Assembly (NCBI GenBank): GCA_963700285.1
Contig: CAVOXA010000014.1
Span: forward strand, 192,001 to 256,000
DNA from: an uncultured Chloroflexia bacterium
Lineage (GTDB): Bacteria; Chloroflexota; Anaerolineae; JAAYZQ01
Direction: 5' to 3'
Length of the DNA: 64,000 nt
In this document: piece by piece, positions 36,732 through 47,693 of the stretch
Position numbering within the stretch: the first letter of the stretch is position 1
How the letters are laid out: each line of letters opens with the position of its first letter
Translations under genes and position numbers: made by a program
The notes under the pieces: model-generated
The model's input: only the letters and a program-made list of their open reading frames with translations
Told to the model about the DNA's origin: nothing
The model's database searches: none

Positions 36732-38090
36732 TCACTGGCGCATTTGCTTAAGGGCCATTTCGGCGGCGTTGACGACCTGATAGGCGACGGGTGAGGCCGT
36801 GAGCAGCGGGTGGGTGCCCATTTGGAAGGTGGCAATCTCGTCGGCGGTCATCTCGGCCTGGATCATGGTGGCCAGGAGGTTGATCTCTGCTCCCACGGAA
36901 TCACCGCCACAGGCTTCGCCGCCGATGAGGGTCTCGGAATACTTGCGGAAGATGAGCTTGACCTTGGTCGGCTTGGCGCCGGGCAGGCCGCCGGGATGGC
37001 GGTCCGGGGACTCGGCTTCTCCGACGACGTAGGCCATGCCCGCCTCCAGGGCGGTCTTTTCCCCAATTCCGGCCAGCCCGCAGGCCAGGTCGCCGATCTT
37101 GGTGGAAAAGACACTGATGGATCCCTTGCTGGCGCGCCGGATCTCAAAGAGATTGGCGGCGGCGATGCGCGCTTCGGCGGTGGCCACAGAGGCCAGCCAG
37201 GCCCTGGAGGGCTTGCCGGTGAAGAAGCAGACCTTTTCGGCGCAGTCGCCGGCAGCAAGGATGTTGGGGTCACTGGTCACCATGTGGCGGTCGACGACCA
37301 CGCCGCCGGTGGGGCCGATGGCCAGTCCGGCCTCGCGGGCCAGTTCCACGTTGGGGCGGACGCCGATGCCGAGGATCACGGCATCGGCCTTCAGGCGCTG
37401 GCCGTCGTCCAGTTCGACGTATTCGACCTTGCCGTTGCCCTTGATGGCGTTGGCCCTGCGGGCGGCAAGGACTTGGACGCCATTCTTGGCCACTTGCTCC
37501 TCAGCGCGGATACAGAGGTCCTCGTCAAAGACAGTGAAGAGACAGTGGGGCAGCATCTCTACAACAGAGATGACCTTGCCGTCCAGCTTGCGGCATTCGT
37601 CGGCCATCTCCAGACCGATGAAGCCACCACCGATGACGACGATGTCCTGGGCCCCGTGCAGGACGTCCAGGAGGTGGGCCAAGTAGTCCACGTTCTTTTC
37701 GATGGGAAAGACGTTCTCCATATCGACGCCGGGGATGGGTGGAACCAGGGGCAACGAACCCATGGTCAGGATCAGCTTCTTGTAACCGATGGTCTCCCCC
37801 TCCGCGGTGGAGACCGTCCTGGCATCCCGATCGATGCTAGTAACGCGTCCGATGATGAGATCCACGTTGTTCTTGGCCAGAGCCGGATCGGGCATCAGGT
37901 TCTTGTCGGCAGAACCCAGGGTACCAAAGATGTAGGGGATGCCGCAGGGCACCGGTGTCTTGGTTTCCTGGCGAACGACAGCCACGGTGGCTTCAGGATA
38001 GTGTCGTCGCGCTGTGATTGCAGCTGCAAAGCCGGCCGCGCTGCTGCCAATGATGAGTGCGTCTACGTTTTTCAATGTCCATCTCCTCAA
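36732..38090 (-). CDS. FAD-dependent pyridine nucleotide-disulfide oxidoreductase (NADH oxidase/CoA-disulfide reductase-like)
   Basis: IIGSSAAG, PCGIPY redox Cys, VIGGGFIGLE, AAGDC. Confidence 0.88.
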   Translation of the reverse strand: MRRWTLKNVDALIIGSSAAGFAAAITARRHYPEATVAVVRQETKTPVPCGIPYIFGTLGSADKNLMPDPALAKNNVDLIIGRVTSIDRDARTVSTAEGETIGYKKLILTMGSLPLVPPIPGVDMENVFPIEKNVDYLAHLLDVLHGAQDIVVIGGGFIGLEMADECRKLDGKVISVVEMLPHCLFTVFDEDLCIRAEEQVAKNGVQVLAARRANAIKGNGKVEYVELDDGQRLKADAVILGIGVRPNVELAREAGLAIGPTGGVVVDRHMVTSDPNILAAGDCAEKVCFFTGKPSRAWLASVATAEARIAAANLFEIRRASKGSISVFSTKIGDLACGLAGIGEKTALEAGMAYVVGEAESPDRHPGGLPGAKPTKVKLIFRKYSETLIGGEACGGDSVGAEINLLATMIQAEMTADEIATFQMGTHPLLTASPVAYQVVNAAEMALKQMRQ

Positions 38091-38223
38091 AGTTTATTTG
38101 GGTCAACTCTCTCGGTGCAGACCTGGTGATCCACGTTTTCTTTGGTGGATATCCTTGTGACTACCAGGCAGTGGATGTGTCCATGCACTGGATCGGCCAG
38201 GGCTCCTTGCACACAGAGCCTTG

Positions 38224-38270
38224 ATCGTATCCGACAATGCCTCTGTTGTCATCAGCGAGTTGGTGGATCC
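38224..38270 (-). promoter_or_regulatory. Promoter with shared palindromic operator (copy 1)
   Basis: Minus strand ATGACA-17 bp-TACGAT; plus strand GTCATC-N5-GTTGGT-GGATC. Confidence 0.55.
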
Positions 38271-38406
38271 TGTACTCCACAGAACAGGACCGCCCGGAGA
38301 CATTCTTGCTCCACACCTGCTGATGGGCCCTCAACAGATGTCGCACACGCGGTGCTGACGAGAAAAGAAGCCAGCAAGGGCGCGCTGAGCACAGCTTGCC
38401 CACACT

Positions 38407-38604
38407 CTATGGTCTATTGCCCAGGATCAACCGAGCTTTTGCTGCTTTCTGGCGTCGTGCCCGGAGGCCAGACCGCAGGGGCCTGGGGAGAAGATGGTGA
38501 GGCTGCCTCAGCCCCCTTGGTACCCGATCATCCCAGTCCTCGAATATGATCCCAGGCACCGCGCCCAAGGACCAGAACCAGTCCAATTTTTCTTGGGGTG
38601 TCAT
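38407..38604 (-). CDS. Small hypothetical protein
   Basis: 65-aa ORF with GGAGAGG RBS directly downstream of the USP gene. Confidence 0.4.
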   Translation of the reverse strand: MTPQEKLDWFWSLGAVPGIIFEDWDDRVPRGLRQPHHLLPRPLRSGLRARRQKAAKARLILGNRP

Positions 38605-38636
38605 GCGAATGATCCTCTCCCGATCGCTTTGCTGAT

Positions 38637-39551
38637 TCAGGTCTTTTGAGCCCGGACCAGCAGGATCGGTTTGTCACCGGCGCGCAGGACCCGGTCGGCC
38701 ACGCTGCCCAGGGCCCAGCGCGCCAGACCTGTCCGGCCATGCGTGCACATGGCGATCAGGTCCACGTGGTTGACCTCAGCATAGTCGATGATGGATTCTG
38801 CAACCGGCCCCAACCATGTGGCTGTGGATACCTGAATCCCTTGATCCCTGAGGCCGCTGGCCTGGCGCTCCAGATAGGCATGGGCATCCTGGTCGGCTGT
38901 CTGAAAACTGCCTTGCAGAGGCATGTACCAGTCGCCTATGAGCGAGCCAGAGGCATAGACGATGGGCACCTGGAAAAGGGTCATTTCGCACCCCAGGGAC
39001 CTGGCAATCGGGGTGATGGTTGGCAAAACCTGCTCGGCCACTTGCGAGCCGTCCAGCGGCACCAGGATACGACGACACGGGCAGGCTTCCGGCAAGCCTT
39101 TCGGAGCATCCTCTTTCGCGCGCACCAAAAGCACCGGCTTGCTGGCCGACTGCAGCACGCGCTCGGCCACGCTGCCGTGGGTCCAGCGGTTGATCCCCGT
39201 ATACCCATGGGAGGCCATGACGATAAGGTCGACATCCCCTTGCTCGAGAAATTTCAGGATGGCGTCCGCCGCCTGCCCATGACCGACGGCGTGGCTGAAG
39301 CTCAGCCCGGCCTTGGACAGGAGATGGCTCATCGCTCGCAGGTATTGGTTGGCCTCGATTTCGAGCTGCTCCAGGAGTGGAGCAGCTTTCAAGCCAGCTT
39401 TGTCCAGAGCATCCTGAGCGTCAGATGGAATCGAAACTGCGCGGAACAGGATGAGTTCGGCTGGCAGCCCTCTACCCAGGGTCATGGCGCAGGGGAGCGC
39501 TTGCTCGGCGAGATGTGAACCGTCCAGTGGAACGAGAATTCGAGTCTCCAT
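38637..39551 (-). CDS. Universal stress protein (two USP domains)
   Basis: Two RILVPLDGS...DLIxMxxHGxxG..GSVAxRVL units. Confidence 0.93.
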   Translation of the reverse strand: METRILVPLDGSHLAEQALPCAMTLGRGLPAELILFRAVSIPSDAQDALDKAGLKAAPLLEQLEIEANQYLRAMSHLLSKAGLSFSHAVGHGQAADAILKFLEQGDVDLIVMASHGYTGINRWTHGSVAERVLQSASKPVLLVRAKEDAPKGLPEACPCRRILVPLDGSQVAEQVLPTITPIARSLGCEMTLFQVPIVYASGSLIGDWYMPLQGSFQTADQDAHAYLERQASGLRDQGIQVSTATWLGPVAESIIDYAEVNHVDLIAMCTHGRTGLARWALGSVADRVLRAGDKPILLVRAQKT

Positions 39552-39666
39552 TGCCCCCTCCTTCTATTTGCTACACGCGACATGCAGTTTCAAAGCTTCA
39601 GCGACGCGATGGCCAAGGCAAGCAAGCCCTTTTGCCGACCTGCCATTGGCACATCATCGGCCAAAC

Positions 39667-40053
39667 CTAGCTGGCAGGACCGGATAGACCCTGGACCTGG
39701 GCCAGGATGGCGTCGTGCAGCGCTTGAGGCGAATCGCCTTTGAACAGGATGGCATCGGCGCCGGCGGCAGCTGCCTTCGCCCGATACTGAGGGTGGATCG
39801 TCAGGGCGACGACCTTAACTTCAGGCCACCGGTCCTTGATACGGCGCGTGGCCTCCACCCCATCCATTACCGGCATCTGCATGTCCATCAGAACCAGGTG
39901 AGGCTGGCATTCTGAGACAAAGCGGACTGCCTCCTGGCCATTGGCAGCAGATCCCACCACTTCTACCTGTGGATAGAGGGATAGCAGGGCTCGTAGACCT
40001 TTGCGCGTCGCCCGCCGGTCATCGGCGATCAGAACCCGTACCGATCTCTCCAT
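39667..40053 (-). CDS. Stand-alone response regulator receiver (NarL-like REC)
   Basis: VLIADD, LVLMDMQMPVMDG, VVALT, conserved K; no output domain. Confidence 0.85.
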   Translation of the reverse strand: MERSVRVLIADDRRATRKGLRALLSLYPQVEVVGSAANGQEAVRFVSECQPHLVLMDMQMPVMDGVEATRRIKDRWPEVKVVALTIHPQYRAKAAAAGADAILFKGDSPQALHDAILAQVQGLSGPAS

Positions 40054-40279
40054 GTGCATCCCTCCTTCTTGGCTGAACGTTGAGTGCCAAGTGACGTACA
40101 GTGAGCGCACCGCCGTCTCTGCTATTGTCAGCGCCGCAGTACAGTTACTGCCGTCTCCACTTTATGTCAAATTTACCTTCTGTGTCCTCGCCACAGATGG
40201 AGATCGTGTAGCACCCGGCTTTGTCCACCGGGGGATTGTGATTGCACGTACCTGACGTGCTCTGGGTCGTGTTACCCTT

Positions 40280-40326
40280 ATGTTACCTGAATTCGGCTTT
40301 GCTGTCATCGTAGGGTTGATTGATCT
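40280..40326 (-). promoter_or_regulatory. Promoter with shared palindromic operator (copy 2)
   Basis: Minus strand ATGACA-17 bp-TAACAT; plus strand GTCATC-N5-GTTGAT-TGATCT. Confidence 0.6.
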
Positions 40327-40621
40327 TTTCCTCAACAAGACAAAAGCGACCCCGGGCCGCCGTGCTCCACATTTGTTGATGGGCGTTCAACGGCTGTCGT
40401 AGACGCCACACTGGCGTGCATCCTCAGGGGAGCAGGCCGGGCGCATACGCTGGCTGGGCGTCTCGAACCATGCCGGCCTTGACCGGGACGTCTGGCGTCA
40501 CCGCGATCTACAGACCAGGCGGAATCACGGCCACTTTGGGGGAGCGTAGGACAACTCGCCGACGGCGCTCTGGCTCAGCGACTGCAGGCACTGAGCCGGG
40601 TCAGGATCCACAGCAATTACG

Positions 40622-41565
40622 TCAGGGCTGCTGAAGGTTTCTCAGGTAGAATGTCTTTCCCCCGTAAGCAACTTTGACAAGTTGACCGCTGGCAATGAGT
40701 ACGCGGACGACGGGCCACCCAGCTCCGTCCCGGGTCAGCAGTTCGTCGACAGCGTCCTGGCGCATGGGGTGCACGGCGGTGATACTCAGCAGGTCTTTTT
40801 CGGCGTTTCCTGTGAAGGCAAAGGCGTTGCCCTCATAGCCAATGAGGAGCTCTACCTGGTCGACTTTCTCACTGAAGAGTCTGGTAGGCCTGATTGATGA
40901 CTGCCTCCGTTGGGGGTCGCACCCACGCTTCCGCTGGCGGCCGCGTGGGGACCGCCAGGTACGCGGTGGCTGGCTTCAATTGGGCCAGCAGGCCGGCGAC
41001 TCTGCTGAGGTGCTCGGTGCCATCGTTGATATCCTCGACCAGCATCGTCTCTGTCACCAATTCTCCCTCAAAGGCCCGTGCAAACGCTAGCGCCCCATCA
41101 AGTATCGCAAAAGTTTGCAGACTGCCGTGCGGACGGTCAACCAGGCGCCACGTTTCTTCCACCGGCGAATCGACCTTCAGAGAGACCCAGTCCGCCTTCA
41201 TCAAGGCATCCCTCACATCTTTGTGCCAAATGAGGGAGGTATTGGTGATCACGGCAATCGGGATCGCCAAGTGGCCTCAGTAGCTCGATCTCCCGGCCGA
41301 GGTTGATGTCCAGCGTGGGCTCTCCATCGGGTACAAAGGTTAGGTAGTCAATCGCGTCGCCAGCCGCCCTTACCAGCCTGACCTTGTCCTCAACATCCCG
41401 AACGATATTCTCTGGCTCGTAGAAGGCACGGCGCTCAGCCTGCATCTTGAGTGTACGTCCCAACTGGCAGTAGACGCAGGAATAGGTGCACGTCTTGGGC
41501 GGGATATTGTTGATCCCCAGGCTGCGCCCCAGGCGCCTGGAGGGAACTGGTCCGAAGGCTATCAT
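40622..41565 (-). CDS. Radical SAM protein (COG0731-like), two frameshifts
   Basis: FGPVPSRRLGRSLGIN, CTYSCVYC, DGEPTL, AVITN; C-terminus traced to the stop at 40622. Confidence 0.82.
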
Positions 41566-41592
41566 GGTGCGCCCTCCCCGTGTTGCGGCATG

Positions 41593-42054
41593 CTATCGAT
41601 CCGCCTTGAGTATAGTCAAGTACTCCTTCGCGATTGGCACCCTGGGTTGGCGGAGTTGTTGGCACCGTTGTCGGAGGCAGGCAGGTCGCGGACCTGCCTG
41701 GAGCGATGGCGAAGGCTGCGTTCGTGCGCTTGGGCATTGAAGGCCGGACCCCGTCAGGCGAAAACCGACGATCCGGTCGTCCTGCAAAAAGACTTTGCAC
41801 AGGCTTCCATCGCGGCGCACACGCAGTTCCTCCCCTTCCATCAGGCCCACGGCCATGACCGGCAGGCCCAAGTGTTTCAAACTGTTCATATTGTCGGCAC
41901 CTTCGTAGACCGTGTCCTGGCCCAGTAGGTTGTAGGCCACGATCCGTCCCTGGGCCACGGCGTTGGGAAAGATGGCGTGCACGTAGCGTTCAGCGGTGAT
42001 CTGGCCCTTGGTCTCTGCTACGTCCCCGGCGGCATAGACATCCGGGAAGATGGG
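41593..42054 (-). pseudogene. C-terminal fragment of an FAD-dependent oxidoreductase
   Basis: Reads PDVYAAGDVAE..HAIFPNAVAQGRIVAYN; N-terminal Rossmann domains absent and upstream sequence unrelated. Confidence 0.65.
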
Positions 42055-42229
42055 CTACCTCCTTTTATGGAATCGGGAGACACACTCTCCGTTTGGAGTC
42101 TCCCTGCGGCATGAAACGAACTCGTGATTCAAATGGTCTTGTGATCCCGGAGCCACGTCCTTTCCGTTCCTCCTATATCTGGACTGCAGACCGGCCCAGC
42201 CTCCTCCAACCTGTCTTAAGCCTGGTGAG

Positions 42230-43060
42230 TTAAAACTGCAGGATGGTACCGGCCGGGCAGGGGCGCACAACCGACGCTCCGAGAATCTGCGTCAGGGCGA
42301 CAAAGGCTGCTTCACCGGAACAGTGATTCGGGTAGACGCGCTGAAGCGCCGGCATCCCCGAAAGCACTTGGCCGATGTGTTGCAGGTCATCGTCGCTGGC
42401 GCTGGTCAGGTGCAGCCCACCGGCGACGACCGTGATCGGGCGTTCGCACAGGCACTTGACACCTGCCAGCGTGTTGAGCAGACCGGCATGGCAGCAGCCA
42501 CAGAGTAGAACGAGATGGTCGGCCGTCTGCAGCACCAGCGCCATGTCATCGCCATAAGCGTCTGGGACGAGCGCATCTCCATCGCGCATCAGGTGACGCT
42601 GGCTGCCGCCCTCCGGTTCGGGCCGTTCAGATATCTCACCCGTTGTCCAGACACCGGGGATGATCTTTTGCGGCGCCGCACTCAATACGAGACCGAAGTG
42701 GTCAACCAGCTCCGCCTGCGCCATGGCAAAGCCAATCGATTCTGTCTTGCCTGACCGCTGCGAAAAGCGCTCGCGAAAGACGTCAGGGTTGGCGTAGAGC
42801 GGGATGCCGGGACGCAGACGCTTCAGCAGCATCGCCAAACCCCCCGTGTGATCATAGTGTGCGTGGCTGATGGCCAGCGCGTCTATCGTCGCCGGATCCA
42901 CGTCCAGCAAAGCTAGATTGTGCAGCAGCACGGTACCACTCTGGCCGGTGTCAAAAAGCAGGCGCTTGCCCTCTGCTTCAATCAGGAAGGCCAGACCGTG
43001 TTCGCCCCAGAACGGGGAATTGCGTTGAACCGCGTCGTCAACAATACAGGTTACTTGCAT
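42230..43060 (-). CDS. MBL-fold metallohydrolase (COG1237-like)
   Basis: GEHGLAFLI, LFDTG, SHAHYDHTGG, GCCHAG, GGLH, HCSG. Confidence 0.85.
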   Translation of the reverse strand: MQVTCIVDDAVQRNSPFWGEHGLAFLIEAEGKRLLFDTGQSGTVLLHNLALLDVDPATIDALAISHAHYDHTGGLAMLLKRLRPGIPLYANPDVFRERFSQRSGKTESIGFAMAQAELVDHFGLVLSAAPQKIIPGVWTTGEISERPEPEGGSQRHLMRDGDALVPDAYGDDMALVLQTADHLVLLCGCCHAGLLNTLAGVKCLCERPITVVAGGLHLTSASDDDLQHIGQVLSGMPALQRVYPNHCSGEAAFVALTQILGASVVRPCPAGTILQF

Positions 43061-43348
43061 GGCTCTCTCCTTTGTGTCAGGGCTGGCGCCAGGCGCTCTG
43101 TCTCCTGTGCATTGGTGTGCTACTCGCCCTCCCCGCTGACGGACGCGCGGCAACCGATGAGTGTTCTTGCGCCTCCCTACCTAATGCCGGATCACACCAC
43201 TGACACCAGCATTTTGGTGGCCCGCACCACGACCCGATGCGAAGCTGCTGAAACGAGCAGAAAACGCCAGGTCACGGACACTTTGACTGAACTCAGCGCA
43301 GGCCTGGCTCGAGCAGTTAGAAGCCAAGGTCTATTCTATGTAAGCCGA

Positions 43349-43858
43349 CTAGTCCTCCTGTCCACCTTTCGAACTGCGGCGACTGAGCTGGCGGATGATC
43401 CCCAAAACGGCGTTCATGCGAGGGACTCTTTGCATGTAGTCCTGGTACGCCGTCCCAAATTTTGCAACTAGCGACTGCTCCTCGAAAACAGCGCTAGCAT
43501 AGCATGTGGCCGCAGCGACAACTCCCAGGACAGCAACCAGCCAATTCTGGGCGATCAGGGCCAGGGCCAGGCTCATGAGTACCCCGGCGAGATACTGCGG
43601 GTGCCGCACAATGCTGTAGAGCCCACTATCAACCAGCTCAGTGGTCTGCACATAGCTTTTTCCTCTGGCCACACCCCCCTTCTTGCGAAAAGTGTAGATG
43701 GGCAGCCAGCCAAAGACACCCGAAATCGCCAGCACGAACCACCCAACGTTTGTTAGCCAGTCAGTGCCCGTCTGGTTGTAGAGTAGGAAGGAAAGAATGA
43801 TCTGACCAACGGCTGCGATAGTCAAAACAGCACCGAGCAAGGCCATCCTTTTGTTCAT
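43349..43858 (-). CDS. Isoprenylcysteine carboxyl methyltransferase (ICMT/PEMT) family membrane protein
   Basis: LVDSGLYSIVRHPQY, EEQSL..FG.AY..Y..RVPR; start could be further upstream (43930). Confidence 0.85.
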   Translation of the reverse strand: MNKRMALLGAVLTIAAVGQIILSFLLYNQTGTDWLTNVGWFVLAISGVFGWLPIYTFRKKGGVARGKSYVQTTELVDSGLYSIVRHPQYLAGVLMSLALALIAQNWLVAVLGVVAAATCYASAVFEEQSLVAKFGTAYQDYMQRVPRMNAVLGIIRQLSRRSSKGGQED

Positions 43859-43926
43859 CACCATCTCCTCAAGGGTATCTGTAAGCGGATCAGAGGCCAA
43901 CTCTGTCATCTCTCGGTCGATCGCGT

Positions 43927-45186
43927 TCATTCCCTCGGAAGGTAGAGTGTCTCCTGAATCATGGCCAGAAGCGGCAAACGCAGGCAGACATCGATGGCAA
44001 TGGCCGCAAAGAACACGTACTGCGGGCCGACGTGCTCCCAGATCAACCCGCCTATCAGAGGAGCCGGAATACTCAGCAGGCCACGGAACAGGCCAACGAC
44101 GCCGATCCAGCGTCCCATCTGTTCCTGGGGCATAATCTCGGCCGCCATCGAAGAGGCCAGGGCCATGTTGATGCTGTTAAAGCCAAAAAGCAGGCCGTAG
44201 AGCAACAGGCTCAGCGATGCGCCCACACCCGTGACCGGCGCATAGATCAGGAGTAGATTGGCCAGATAGGGCAGCGGCGCGATGGCAAAAAGCAAGGTCT
44301 TGCGACCGTACCGGTCAGCCAGGCGTCCTACCGGAATCGAAGCGACCATGGGCACCAACACGCTGGTCATGGCAATGCCACCCAGGACAAACTCGTTGGC
44401 CCCCTTGATATCATGCGCATAGACCGGCATGAAGGGTTGGGCTATCGTATAGGGCAGTTCCATAAGGCCCATCACCAGCAGAAGCCGAACCACGTCTGGG
44501 CCCTGCTGAAAGACCTGAGCAAAACTCGAGAGAACCCGGTGGCGGCCGCCGGGACCGTTGTGGGCCTTGGCAGCGGACAAGCGGGTCAGCAAGAGGACAA
44601 AGATCAGCCCAAAGATGAGCGCCTGGATGGCAAAAAGTGGGCGAATGCCCTCAACACTGATGCCGCCAAACCGAGAGATAAGCCAGGCCGCCAGCATTGG
44701 GGTAACGATGGCCACCGGCGAAGCCAGCGTCCGGCAGAGACCGCGCCCGGTAGCGCGTCCCTCGTTCCGCAGCTCCCCGGCGCAGGTGACGGTGCAGGCG
44801 GTACAGGTGATGCGCGAGCCCAGATAGTAGATGATAATCGCGATATAGAGCCAGGTCCAGAAAGGGGCCGCGAAGTATAACAGGCTGGACGCTGCCAGCA
44901 ATGCAGCGCCGATGAGAAACACGTTCTTCAGGCTGTAGTAGTCGATAAACCAGCCGGCGGGCAAGGAGGCCAGCGCGCTCACGGTGTTGCCCGCGCTCTG
45001 GAGCGACCCCAGTTGTACCGCGTTGGCCCCCAGCAATGTGGCATAGATGGAGGTATATTGCGTGGTGAGGCCCGTGGCCAATCCATGCAAGGTCCGGCGG
45101 CTCAACATCAGCTTAAAGTTGGGCGTTTGACGTCGCGCAAAATCAATGCCGCGCCGGACGATCCTTGATGTATTCATTGGCTCCAA
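43927..45186 (-). CDS. MFS transporter
   Basis: About 12 hydrophobic segments; GRLADRYGRK motif. Confidence 0.88.
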   Translation of the reverse strand: MEPMNTSRIVRRGIDFARRQTPNFKLMLSRRTLHGLATGLTTQYTSIYATLLGANAVQLGSLQSAGNTVSALASLPAGWFIDYYSLKNVFLIGAALLAASSLLYFAAPFWTWLYIAIIIYYLGSRITCTACTVTCAGELRNEGRATGRGLCRTLASPVAIVTPMLAAWLISRFGGISVEGIRPLFAIQALIFGLIFVLLLTRLSAAKAHNGPGGRHRVLSSFAQVFQQGPDVVRLLLVMGLMELPYTIAQPFMPVYAHDIKGANEFVLGGIAMTSVLVPMVASIPVGRLADRYGRKTLLFAIAPLPYLANLLLIYAPVTGVGASLSLLLYGLLFGFNSINMALASSMAAEIMPQEQMGRWIGVVGLFRGLLSIPAPLIGGLIWEHVGPQYVFFAAIAIDVCLRLPLLAMIQETLYLPRE

Positions 45187-45259
45187 TGCCGAGGGATGAG
45201 GCTGGGCTGTCCCTCTCTACTCCGTCGTCAATGATGGTCAGAGTATAGCAGTACAGCCT

Positions 45260-45757
45260 TCACCAATCGAACTGGGCTTCACCTTGGCTCGCTCCATCCG
45301 TAAACCATTCAGCAAGCGCCTGTTGCAGTGCGTTTACCGTCAAGCTAGCGCAGTGCATTTTGGCCCTGGGCAAGCTATCCAGAGCGACAATCAGCTCCCT
45401 CGGTCCGATTTCGCCCGCCTCATCCGGCGACAGCCCCTGCACCATTGTGGTGAGCATGCTGCCGCACGCCAACGCCGGCTCGCGGCCATCGGTCATGAAG
45501 GTAGCTTGTGTGATCCGGTCATCATCCAACCGCAGGTAGATCTCCATCGTATCGCCACAGCAGCCATGAATGACCCCATAGGCATCTGGCTCGACCATGC
45601 GGCCCTGGTTCTTGGGATCGAGCGCTAGCTCGATGACCTTGGCCGAATAGAGAAGCTGGGTCTCGTGTGCCACGGCGTCCTTCTGCGGTTCAGGGACCAT
45701 CTGTTCCACGGTTGTTGCATCTCCTTGATGTCCCATGCAAGACTCCTTTGCAGGCAA
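45260..45757 (-). CDS. NifU/IscU-family Fe-S scaffold protein
   Basis: CGDTMEIYL, ACGSM, KMHCASL. Confidence 0.85.
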   Translation of the reverse strand: MPAKESCMGHQGDATTVEQMVPEPQKDAVAHETQLLYSAKVIELALDPKNQGRMVEPDAYGVIHGCCGDTMEIYLRLDDDRITQATFMTDGREPALACGSMLTTMVQGLSPDEAGEIGPRELIVALDSLPRAKMHCASLTVNALQQALAEWFTDGASQGEAQFDW

Positions 45758-45936
45758 TGAGTAGCCATCCTGTCAGTCATGCTGGTGCACGATCTCTTCC
45801 AGATGTCCCCGCCAGTAGCTCAGATCGCCTCCGGGCAGATTCCACACTACCTCACCGTCCATCGGGATCAACAGTGATTGTCAGACCGTACTCCAGACCC
45901 ATCGTATCTCGCCAAAAAACTCGGCATCTTCCAGCC

Positions 45937-46374
45937 TCAATCATAGGCCAGGCGCATCTCTTGGCCCGGCAAGACGTCCTGGATGAGTTCCTGCCACGCG
46001 GCTGGCTGCCAGGTCCCCAGTGCCTGGTGAGTCAGGTAGTAGTTCTGAGGAATCGGATGGGTGCCGACTACGACCTCCAGCCCATACTTGGCCGGGATGA
46101 ACTCGCAAAAGGCCTGCAGGTGGGGGCAGGGCGGATAGCCAACCACCAGACCCGTCGCCAGGTGAACGATCTCTGCACCGTTCTTTTTCATCTCGGCGGG
46201 AGCGTACTCTATGTTGCCACCGGGGCAACCCCCACAGGTTATGTAGCCAACCAGTTCGATCTCCTCGCCCTGATAGCGGGCAAAGGCTCCTTCCCGGTTG
46301 CGCAGGGAACGCAGGCACTTGCCGCCTGCACAGCTTTGATAGCGATGACAGATAATGATCCCAAGCTTCTTCAT
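45937..46374 (-). CDS. CGGC domain protein
   Basis: CAGGKC, TCGGCPG, IVHLAT, PCP, VVGTH. Confidence 0.88.
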   Translation of the reverse strand: MKKLGIIICHRYQSCAGGKCLRSLRNREGAFARYQGEEIELVGYITCGGCPGGNIEYAPAEMKKNGAEIVHLATGLVVGYPPCPHLQAFCEFIPAKYGLEVVVGTHPIPQNYYLTHQALGTWQPAAWQELIQDVLPGQEMRLAYD

Positions 46375-46400
46375 CGGAACCAGACCTCCTTCAGTGTTTC

Positions 46401-47150
46401 TTACTTGTCCCTTGTGGGCTTTCGCATCATGGTTAGCAGCCGCTTGCCCCGTATCTGGCGAAAGGTAGCCGCTTGGCCTACGGTCTGCAGTACGGCGGCC
46501 ACATCCACCACCCGCGTCCCGGATATGGCATCGATGCCGTACTCGAACAGGACCGGCGACAGCGGGGCGCTGGCCCCGAGCAGGACCACAAAGGCATCAG
46601 GACGGCACAGACTGACCAGGTCGTCAAAGGTATGATTGAGGAGCGAGGTGCCGGTGAGCGCCACTACGTCTGCCTGGGGAAGCACTTCCACTGCTTGCCC
46701 GGCGGAAAGGTCACCGGCGCGGGGGCGCAGTTCCAGCACCCAGCAGGTAGCTGCTGCCTGGCGCACCCGCTCCACAAAGGGGAAGTGACCGATGATGGCC
46801 ACCCGGTGCCCGGCCGCGCGCTGTAGAATCACATTCTCGGCGTTCACCTGGGTGCAGGCTGCCTCATCCACTTCCAGCAGGGCATTGAAGGCCGCCATGC
46901 CGATGCTGGCCCTCAGAATGCTGGGGGAGCGAAGCCACTCGGCCAGCTCCCGCCCGCTGTATTCCAGCAGGCGGCCTGCCTCCGGCACTGGGGGTCCGGC
47001 TTCGTGGGACTCTGCGCGCAGGGTCGAGGCCAGGCCACATCGAAGTGGCTCGGTGTCCAGAACCACCGCTGTCCAAAAGGCTCCGACCAAAACCTGTCGC
47101 ACCGGTGCGTCCGCTTGCAGGCTATTCAACAGCGTGTCAATGGCGTTCAT
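46401..47150 (-). CDS. DUF364 (Rossmann-like, putative metal-binding) protein
   Basis: SIGMAAFNA, VAIIGHFP, VALTGTSLLNHT, LGASAP. Confidence 0.8.
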   Translation of the reverse strand: MNAIDTLLNSLQADAPVRQVLVGAFWTAVVLDTEPLRCGLASTLRAESHEAGPPVPEAGRLLEYSGRELAEWLRSPSILRASIGMAAFNALLEVDEAACTQVNAENVILQRAAGHRVAIIGHFPFVERVRQAAATCWVLELRPRAGDLSAGQAVEVLPQADVVALTGTSLLNHTFDDLVSLCRPDAFVVLLGASAPLSPVLFEYGIDAISGTRVVDVAAVLQTVGQAATFRQIRGKRLLTMMRKPTRDK

Positions 47151-47183
47151 CTTGTTCCTTCTCTTAGGAAATTCCTGACTTGA

Positions 47184-47663
47184 CTAGGCGCCACGCCTGC
47201 GTCGCCGCCGGCCATGGCCGCCCCCCTCGCCACGGGCCCGGGAGCCGCCGCATGGCGTGCTCTGCCGGGTAGCCGGCGATTCCCTGCTCTCCAACCGGCG
47301 GTCCAGATCGCGCAGAAAATAGTCCGCCAGCCGGGGCAGGATCTCGCGCCCAGCCCAGACCAGGGCTCCACCGACAACCGGCAGGACGCTAGCCCGGAAA
47401 GGTACTGGAGCAGGCCCGGTCTTGACCTGGATGACTCGCGGCTCGGGCCGCAGAGCTGGTACTCGGGCCGGGTCGACAGCGGGTTCTGAGGGCATGGCGA
47501 GGGCGATGGCCTCTATGGGGCAGGCAGCAATGCAGGTCTCGCAGTCGCGGCAGAGCCTTTGGTCTACTACCGCCCTGCCACCAACCAGGTAGATGGCGCC
47601 CGTTGGACAAGCCTCCACGCACGCGCCGCAGCCATTGCAGCGATCCACGTTGATAACAATCAT
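47184..47663 (-). CDS. 2x[4Fe-4S] ferredoxin-domain protein with C-terminal extension
   Basis: CNGCGACVEACP and CRDCETCIAACP. Confidence 0.85.
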   Translation of the reverse strand: MIVINVDRCNGCGACVEACPTGAIYLVGGRAVVDQRLCRDCETCIAACPIEAIALAMPSEPAVDPARVPALRPEPRVIQVKTGPAPVPFRASVLPVVGGALVWAGREILPRLADYFLRDLDRRLESRESPATRQSTPCGGSRARGEGGGHGRRRRRRGA

Positions 47664-47693
47664 CCTAGATCACCTCCTTCCCCGCAGTCCCGG